NCBI RefSeq assembly: GCF_009914755.1
Contig: NC_060925.1
Direction: 5' to 3' (one strand)
DNA from: the human T2T-CHM13v2.0 reference genome, Homo sapiens
Length of the DNA: 64,000 bases
The notes under the pieces were generated by a model that was not told the DNA's origin, made no database searches, and saw only the letters and a program-made list of their open reading frames with translations. The stretch's first letter is position 1. Every line of letters begins with the position of its first letter. Below, piece after piece: positions 55,005-64,000 of the stretch. The translations under genes were made by a program, and so were the position numbers.

Positions 55005-55877
55005 TGAGTATGTCTGTAGGACAAATTCATAAAAGGAGAACTATTGGGCAAAAGGGTATTTTCATTTAAATACCGATAAATATGACTGGATTTCCTTGCC
55101 AAGAGTCTCTATTTCCTACGTACAAGAATATCTGTTTCTTCCTTGCTTGCCAATTCAGAGCTTGTGGTTATTTGCCAGTTGGATTAGTAAAAAATGACAT
55201 TTAGTTTCAATTTTATTATTTATTATTTTTAATTACATTATTTTAAAGGTCAAAAAATTTTAAATTTCAAAAAATGCATTATTTTAATTGCATTATTTTA
55301 AATGCCACTTTAAAAAAAGCCATTTGCATTTATTTTTTTTCTGAAATCATGACCCTCACCCAGATTTCTTCTATTGGGTAGTTGATACTTTTCTTGTTGG
55401 CTTGTATATCCCATAATACACTAAGATAACTAGATATTTATCTATTATTTATGTTGCTAGTATTTTCTTTACATTTTTTCTGGTCTTTGACCTTGACTAT
55501 AGTATTTTTACCATGTAGAAATTTTGTTTTTAAAATGTAGCCAGAATTATCAAACTTTTTTGGGGAGTGGGGCTTCACAGCTTTGTGTCATGCTTAATTG
55601 ACACAATTAAGAAAATGGTTAAAAAAATGGTTAAGAACAGCATTTTTACTGCAATAATATTATGTCGCCAGATTTTCTCTGAATTCTTTTGTGGTTTAAT
55701 TTTTGCTGTAATATTTTTGGCCCATCTGACACTATTTTGTTATGAGACGAAGAGAGAGATCTAACTTCATTTTTTTTTTCTACCATGGCTATTCAATTTG
55801 CTAACTAATCTATCTTCTTCCTACTGATTTAAAATGCTATCTTAATCAGAAAGTAAAATTCTCTCTATCTCTTTCTG

Positions 55878-55879
55878 TC

Positions 55880-55911
<32 letters not shown>

Positions 55912-55950
55912 CTCTATCTATCTATGTATCTGTCTATCTACTTATCTATC
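55878..55950. repeat. (TCTA)n/(TAGA)n tetranucleotide STR
   Basis: Visible directly in the sequence. Confidence 0.93.
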
Positions 55951-57291
55951 CAGTTAAAACTATTTGGGGCCTCCATGGGCTCTATTGAGCTTTCTGTCTA
56001 CTTATATGCTAATATGAGCCTTTTTTAAATTATAGAAGCATAATTATTATCTTCCATAAATTTTAGACTTAGTCCCCATACTTCCCAATTTCCTTTTCTT
56101 CAGAATTTCCTGGCTATTCTTTAAATTTCAATTTTCATTATACACTTGAGAATCAGCTGCTCTAGCCAATTACGAGAAAAGTCCTGTTGGCAACTTGAAT
56201 AGGTTCCTATCAAACCTGCTCCTCTCTCTGTCTTCTACATCCTAGAAATGAAAACTCCATCCTCTGGCTTCTCAGGCTAAGAAGTTTGGAATCATCCTAT
56301 TTTTTCTCATTCTTATACTTCAAGTGTTAATTGGCAAATCTACTTCAGTCTACCTTGTGTATCTATCCAGAAGCCAATCATTTTTCACTGCCTCCACTGC
56401 TAGCATCTTTTCACAAATCATCCTTATCTCTCATCTCCATTATGGCAAAAGCCTGCTTTAACAGTCTTCCTGCTTTTATGGCTGCCCTGTGAACATTCAT
56501 GCACAATCGTGCCAGAGTTTAAAAACAAAATCAGATCATGCCATTCCATTGCTAAAGTACCTGTCTAATGCCTTCCCATCTTACTCAAAGTAAAAGCCAC
56601 CATCCTCATGATGTTCTGAAAGGCTCTATATGGCCTGGCTTTTGTGATCTCTCTGACTTGATCTAGGATTCTCACCTTCTTTTAGTCTACTGTTGGCACC
56701 CTGCCCTCCTTAAATGTGCCAGGTACCCTCCTGACTCAGAGCCTCTGCTCCGTTCTTTCCTCTGCCTGCAAAGCTGTTTCCCAAGATAGCTGTATGTCCT
56801 TTTTCCTAATCTCTTTCTGGTCTTTGCTCAGAAATTATCACCTCAATAAGAATTTTTTCTGACTACTCTGTGTAAAACTGCAACTCCTTTCTTTCCTACT
56901 TTATTTTTTTCTTACACCATTAATTCTCATTTAGCATATGACATGCACTGATAGTTTATTCTTCCTCTGCTCCCCACACTAGAATGTGAGCTCCATGAGG
57001 GGAAAGGTTTTTGTCTGTTTTGTTCACTGCTATGTCGCCAATGATCGGTACACAGTAAATATTCAGCAAACATTTGTTGACTGAGTCAAGAGACACAAAA
57101 TGTAAGGGAAAACTTCACACTCTAAGAAGTACAGAAAATAAAGCAATCTGAAAGAGACATTAAGGAATGTCAAATGTTTTAAAAGATGATGAAGAGATTA
57201 GATTTCATAAGGTAAAAATGTTAGAGTTTACACATAACAAAATAACTTTTATATTTACAATAGCACCAATACAATTTCTAAATATGAAGAT

Positions 57292-57390
57292 ATAATCTTT
57301 GAAATTATAATACCTAATGCATATAGTTCTTATATATGCATAAATATAATAATCTTTGAAATAATAATACCTAATGCATATAGTTCTTAT
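57292..57390. repeat. Local tandem duplication, two 42-bp copies with period 57
   Basis: ataatctttgaaat(t/a)ataatacctaatgcatatagttcttat at 57292 and 57349. Confidence 0.93.
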
Positions 57391-59016
57391 TAATTCCTGG
57401 CAACTTCTGAAGCATTTTAAAAGCATTTTGTAAAAAAAAAAACTAATTTAATTTGAGGAAGATGGGAAAACGAAGACATAGGGGTGAAGTGAAGGATAGC
57501 CCCAAACTATTCATCCATTAAGTGATGAAGACAGGATTCAGACTCATGCAGTCTCCTGACCTGTATGCTGTTCTCTCTAGCTACTTTTATTTCTCCACTG
57601 TGCTATGCTCCTCCTTGAGACTTATTTTTTTTTGTCTACAACATAGAGGTATGAGGTTAGGCTACACAATGTGCTACATTTTGTAAAGCAAAACAGTGCA
57701 TGGTCTGTCAGTGGCTGCACTGCCAAATCCCATGGAATGTCATCTGTGTAGTTTGAAAACTAAAACACCAAAAGAATAGATTAGTATTTGACCTGGAGAA
57801 TCCCAAAGACTATTTGGCGAAAACCCATAAAGCATCATTAACTGCAGAAAAAGTGCATTCCCCTTAAGACAGGCAATATAAAACAGCACCCAAGAGTGCA
57901 GTTAATTGGAGAGCTTAGGTGAAATCTGACGTTCTCAGCTGAGCCAGAGAGCTTCTGGGATGCGATGGGTTGAGTCCGCCCCCATGTGGTCTTAAGGTGC
58001 AACTACAGAAGTAAGCCAACTCCCAGAGTTGCTAGGAGAGCTTGGCTGTTTTCATGTTTCTTTCCAACCACTATGTCTCCAGATCTAAGGCCATCGATGA
58101 GAGTGATCACGCCAGTAAACTTCTAGAGAATATTCATTGTCTAAACTGACTGTATGATAAGGTGTGAATTCCTGAGAAAGCACAGCATTCCTAGCTGTTC
58201 ATAATCTGGGCCAGCTTAACTTCCCATCCTTGGCTCCATCTAAGGGCATCTTTATTTCCTCCATGAGGGAGGCACACTCATTGCTCTGTGCTTCTGCATG
58301 TATAATCTTGTGGGCTGGAATGCCCTATGCATCCCTTTCTACTGGAAGAAGTATCCATAATATTTGAAAACTTAGCTTAAAAATTATCTGTAACCCTTGT
58401 GTCTCTGCCACTAAGAGCCTGAGTCATTTTGGGAAGAATGCAATGGTTCTTTCGGTTTTGCATCTCCCAGACCCCTAAGATTAGGTGGATTTGCATTTGC
58501 ACCAGGGGTTGCACAGGATTCTCTGTCAGGATGAAAATGGAGAATCTTCATTTTTCTAGTGAAAGTTGGTGCCCACTAGAAAGTTGGTGCCCTTTGCTTT
58601 AACATAGTCTTAATTGCATTTTATTTCAAGAGGTTTAAATAATCAAAACCACCTAATCTGGCACCCTTATTTCCCACCTTGACTATTCTTAAGTGGTCTC
58701 CTTGCATCCATTCTTTTCTCTCTCAATTATTCTCTAAACAGTTATGAGAATGGTATGTCCAAAAACTCACAGTAAGAGACTGTTTTATATGAAATCCCCT
58801 GATGGCTGTCCATCACTTGCCAGAGTGGCCTTCAGATGTTTTGAGTATGCACATCTATTAGTAAAATACTTTGCAGCATGCACCAACAACATAAACTTAT
58901 TTAGGCATTTATAAATCATATAACTGTACTACTATGGTCATAAATTATTTATGTTATAAAACATACAAAAATAAAAATTAAAAATTAAGATAGAAAAATA
59001 TTAATACTCATATTGT

Positions 59017-59084
59017 TATTAGATTGGTGCAAAAGGTTTTGCCATAATGGCAAAAACCACAATTACTTTTGCACCAACCTAATA
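59017..59084. mobile_element. MADE1 MITE with internal deletions, TA-flanked
   Basis: ttagattggtgcaaaag...cttttgcaccaacctaa inverted termini. Confidence 0.88.
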
Positions 59085-59351
59085 TTAACAGTATACACTA
59101 CCTTATTGCACTAATAATCATATTTTTGATGACAGCAATGCAATTGGATGCATTTGATTATTTTTGAAAACCTCAGTTAAACCCTGTGTTGTTCTACCTT
59201 CAGTTTATTTGGGTATTTCATTTAAAGGACTGCTGTAGCAATATTATCATTATCAAAATTTTTTTTCAGCATCCTGATGGAGAATGTAGTGCAACCCTTG
59301 GTGCAAATGCAAACCCATTTTGGAAAATACTGACTTAAAGAAGAAAATCCA

Positions 59352-59521
59352 AGCTGGGTGAAGTGACTCACACCTGTAGTCCCAGCTACTCAGGAGGCTG
59401 AGGAAGGAGGATGGCTTGAGCCTAGCAGTTAGAGGCTGTAGTGTGCCATGATTGTGCCTGTGAATGGTCACTGCACTGCAGCTTGGGCAACATAGTGAGA
59501 CCACATCTCTGAAAAAAAAAA
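59352..59521 (+). mobile_element. Alu monomer (FRAM/FAM-like)
   Basis: Single 7SL-derived arm with A tail. Confidence 0.85.
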
Positions 59522-61049
59522 TGAAAGAAAAAGAACAGAATTCAAACTCTCCTGATGGCATTCAGAAGTCTTTACAGGCTGATCCAACTCCTCCTTCTAC
59601 CCTGTCTCTGTTGTTGCCTATATTACTGACATACTTGATCTCAGACCTATTGCACAACTTATGGGTCCATAGAGCACCACATAATTTCCTATTTCTATGT
59701 TTTTGCGTGTGCATGGAATGTCCTTGATCCTCTTTGTCTGCTATGGATTTCTAGTCATTTTTCAAAAGTATGGATATAAAAGCTATTTGTCTTTGAGTTT
59801 TTCCAAATCCCACCCCTGACTCCTAGAATTGACTGCTTCCTCATGTGGTATTTGGATAAAATCCTTATGTTCCCTTTGACTAAATATACTTATTTTTTAG
59901 TGTATTGTATATTTTTGACTTATTTGTATCAATTTACTGTTAGATTTGAGGGAAGAAACTGTATATCCTTGACAACTTTCCAAGTTCATGGAGTTCAAAA
60001 AATGTTTGTGGAGTAAATAAGTGAACACCAATATCTTCCATAAAGTCTGCAGGCTAATTCCATAAAGTCTCAAACAATTCCATCATGAGTAAACCCCGGT
60101 AACCCCCAATCACTAGAGGGAGCAGGTCCTAATTTCTCTAGTGGGATATCTTGATCTGTGACTGGAAGCTTTTTTTTTTTTTTTTAGAACAAGTGCAAGA
60201 TTTTATTGAGTGGAAGTAGCTCTCAGCAGATATTTATTTTTCCCTTCCTTTACAGAAGTCTTCTTGCCAGGGATTTTTTTTTTTAATGGCTCCAGTCACC
60301 TGGAGTATTCTGCTCCACCCTCTCAGTACCACCCCAGGACTTCTGCTATTGTTTGCCTTACTACTTTCAAGGAAGAAGGAGGGGAATATTCTGTTGGCAT
60401 TTTTGGATGCTCTTTTCTTTTTCCTCCTGTTGTTGTTCTGTATCATCTGACCTGGTGAAAACTTTTGGGAATGGGGAAGAAGCATAGTCCAATTCAAAGA
60501 CCTGAACAGGTCAAGACTCTCTAACAACTAATGAATTGCACTTTGAGCTGAATGGTCCATTGTCAACTCGGTATTATTAGCACTCCAGCTAAAGACTCTA
60601 AGAAGCCATGGACTCCATTTCCGAGAATCTCCTTCCCATACAGTTTGGGTTAGAGCTTACCAATGAGTAGGAGAAACAGGATATTTGGTAGGTATGACGG
60701 AAGGAGACACTGCTCTTCTCCAGTCAGTTGCAGCCCTAAGTAGGTACAGGTACAGAATTCAGAGAGGTTCTTTTGTGAGCTGTCAAGACCATTTGCTTTG
60801 CTGCAACAGGACAGCACAATCAAGAGCTTCCCAGAGCTCTTCATATTTCATTGACTTGATGGCAAGCTCTTTAGAGCCCATTTCAGATCCTCAGGCTGAA
60901 TCTTCAGTGTTGGCCTCCCTGACATTTGCTTCCCAGCTTTCCAAGTGGATGGGTAAGTTCTTTACACCTGGAATACTTGGAGATTTTTCTGCATTGCTAA
61001 CCAAACTCTGCCATCTCTTGCAGTAATGAGGTAGTGAACAAAGGAGATA

Positions 61050-61585
61050 GTTAGGCTGTTTACAATGAAGCGGGTAATTTAAATCACCCCCGACCATAGT
61101 GGCTTGACCAAAAGCCATTTCTTTGCTCCCAATTCTATGGGCCAGGACTTTGGGCAGAGCTCAGCTGGACTGTTCATCTCAGTCCTGTGTGCACTGCCTG
61201 CTGTGGCTCAACTAAGATGGGGAGGTCCAAGACGGTCTCATTTGACATCTGAGGCATTGATGCTGGCTGTCTGCTGGGCACCTCAATTCTCCTCCACATG
61301 TCCCTTCTGTCCGCATGGTCTCTGACTGTTCAGTGGTCTAGCTGGAATTCTTTTCCATGTTGGCTGGCTTCCAAGAGGGTGAAAGCAGAAGCTGCCAGGC
61401 TTCTTAAGGCCTGAGCCTGGACCAGCATAGCACCACTTCTGCCAGATTCTATTCCTCAAAGCAAATACCCAGCCCAAATGGAAGGGAGGGGAGCTAGATT
61501 CCCCTCTTGAAGGAAAGAATGGCAACGTACCTTTGTAAGGAGCATGGGAGGAATTGTGGCCACTTTTGAAAACAATTTCCACACT
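61050..61585 (-). mobile_element. MLT1-type MaLR LTR
   Basis: Degenerate MLT1-like sequence. Confidence 0.6.
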
Positions 61586-63964
61586 AGCTAAGGAAACTGA
61601 CATAGAAATGGTTAAGTTACTTGCCCAAGGTCACTCAGCAGCTAAGTAGCTGGGCCAAGGTTTGACCTTGATCAGTTCAATACCAGTGTTCATGTTCTTT
61701 ACCTCTACATTCTGTTGCTTTACAACTTCCTTTTTATTTATCTCTGATCCTTCTCCAGACTACATGGTTTTATGTCCAATTCCCACATGGCTTTCAAGGC
61801 CCAGAAAAATGTCACTTTCCCTGTTTTTCTAAGCTTGAAATAGTCCTACAGCTTAAACTTTCATAGCATTTCTCTTAAGGTTCTTCACATTTAAAAAAAA
61901 TAATAAAGCAAAAAATCAGATAACTGAAGCAGAACCTTGAGTGTTTTAATATTTTAATCAATATATGTGGTCCTTATCTTCCCTGTAAGCCTGTTAAGAA
62001 CCCTGTAACTAGGCTTGGGTCCTATTTATCTATCTCTTGGATCATATAGTGTAAGACCAGTACATAGTAGTAATTAACAAATACTAAATGACTGGTCATG
62101 GAATGAGCCTACCTTATTTCTGAAAACCCCTTCTGACCTCTCAGTGCACCAAGAAATGTATGGTGACTGAAAGTAAGCTCTGAGGGTCTTAATCCCATCC
62201 TTATTAGTCACCAAGGACCCTCCTGTCTTCTCTCCCGACCTTGCTCTTTCCACATGCCATGTCCAGCTAGCTTCTGGCCCTTGGTGTAATACCATATCTT
62301 TGGCTCAGCTTTTAACTATCAGTTTTGACATTCTTGTTTTTGACCCTATTGCCCTCTGAGCAGCGCTTTTAATCAAATCTCCTACCCCACTTCCCATCTC
62401 TGTCATCGAAACTATGGCTTTGACCACTCTACTATCTTCTTCATAATATCAGGGGTAGGGTCTGTTTTGTTCATTGTTGACTACCCAATACAAAGTTCAC
62501 TAAATACTGTAAGGCTAGCACCAAACCTATGCACTTAACCAGGCCCACCCTGGTCCCAAATGAGACTGTGTTTCAGATAGAGTGAATGACAGAAGCATCT
62601 AATGAAGTGCTGGGGGCTGCCTTTGTGCTAGGGAGGAGCATGAGGGCAGGCTTCATCAGAAGGGCTTCCCATGAGCCAGTAAGCTGAGTAATCCTGAGGG
62701 ACGCATGCCTAACATAGCCACAATGAACCTTGTGTCACAGGGGTCAACCAGTTGCCAATTCTCTATGCGTATGCTTTTTTTTTTTTTTTCTAAACTTCCC
62801 TGGAGCATATTTGCTTATTTAACTTTCCTTAATAACCAGCAGATGGCTTCTGTCTGGGCAATCATCAGCTGGTGCTTAGCAATGGCAGATTCAAGAGGAG
62901 GCATGGGACTTGTTAGGGGTGGGGAATCCAGAAGACAACATACAGAATGCCAGGTGAAGTTATCAGGCATTGTCTAATTGGTGTTGGAGGCAGTGAGGGC
63001 AGCCGAAAGCGGTATTAGGAAGAACCCTTCCCAGAAGGGGGAGACTGCTGCTCAGCAAGCCAGGCAGAACCAGAGAAGACAAGGACAACTCCAGAATAAA
63101 GACTAGTTATTTTCTGAGTCCTCAGCAGCTGGCACAGTATATCAGAAATACAAGTACTCCATCAATGTATAGCAAATATAAACTGGGAGTCATCATTTAT
63201 TCATGTGTTCATCCAACAAATATGTGTTGAGTCCTACTGTGCACCAGGACACACCCAATGCATAGAAGCACTGGAGATATAGCAGCCAGCAAGGCATGGT
63301 CCCTCCTCTACCTATCTTTTGTTTGCATGAAAATGATTAAGTGCATTCATGCAGTAGAATAAGCAAAATGAATGGTTCGCTTTGCTTTAGGGAAACAGGA
63401 TCAGGTACACAGTAAGTAAGGCATGGAAAGGATATTCAGCAACTGGAAAAGAGTGAAATGCAAACATATGTAGTCAGAGAAATAAGTAAGACCATAGAGT
63501 TAGAGAAAACCTAGGAAGGTCAAGGAAAAGCTCTCCTCTGGCCTGCTTAGTAGCTCTTCCAAGTGTGGGGATACACATGATGCAAAAGGTCATAGGCGAG
63601 GAAGGTCAAACCACTTATGACAACGGGTGGCTGCCCTTTGTGTCAGAGCCCAGGGAAGTTCTCTACTTGAATGCTCACTAAGTCCTCAGCACCTGTCTAA
63701 ATAAGGCTTGTGATTGGGCTTAGTCTAATTATTAGTGTGGGAAGCATTTAATCATGCATTCAACAAATATTTATTGGGCACCCCCTCTGTGCTAGATACT
63801 GTTCTAGGTCCTAGAACTATGGTGATAATGTATATAAACACCATGACAACAGCCTGCTTTATTCTAGAGAAAAAGAGTAAATGAAAAAATGATTATATGA
63901 TAATATATCGGGCAGTGATAATTGGTATGAAGGCAGTAGCATAAGTTGATAGAGAGAGACACCA

Positions 63965-64000
63965 GTGTGTATATGTGTGTGTGTGTGTGTGTATGTGTGC
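63965..64000. repeat. (TG)n microsatellite at the window edge
   Basis: Visible directly in the sequence. Confidence 0.9.

Noticed and set aside
60655-60760. Possible upstream non-coding exon (TTG|gtaagc donor at 60660)
   Set aside because: Isolated splice-like motifs are common; no independent support from the sequence alone

Overview
This window is primate genomic DNA, most likely human. It contains the complete cytochrome P450 gene CYP2J2 (arachidonic acid epoxygenase) on the minus strand. I mapped nine coding exons from ATG 37200 to TAA 4106 using GT/AG junctions. Their lengths are 210+163+150+161+177+142+188+139+179 = 1509 nt, which gives 502 aa plus stop. The I-helix AGTETT, ExxR (EVQR), PDHF and heme FSIGKRACLG motifs are all intact. 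A GC-box/CpG promoter lies at about 37200-37370. The rest is intron and intergenic DNA dominated by repeats: Alu, L1, L2, MaLR LTRs, Tigger3, MADE1 and three ERVK-class solo LTRs. Nearly all other ORFs in the track are repeat-derived or antisense shadows. I cannot support a new multi-gene biological system here. The best leads are structural: (1) a ~78-bp fold-back inversion-duplication inside an intronic MER11D-like LTR; (2) two convergent LTR5 solo LTRs bracketing the promoter, the upstream one gene-sense with a weakened poly(A) signal; (3) a perfect 21-bp hairpin next to a 10-bp hairpin in intron 1; (4) a tail-less AluY with a perfect TSD; (5) a retroposed polyadenylated LTR tip; (6) inverted Alus around exons 7 and 8; (7) a strong tandem splice donor after exon 2. 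Repeat subfamily names come from recalled consensus sequences, not from a RepeatMasker run.
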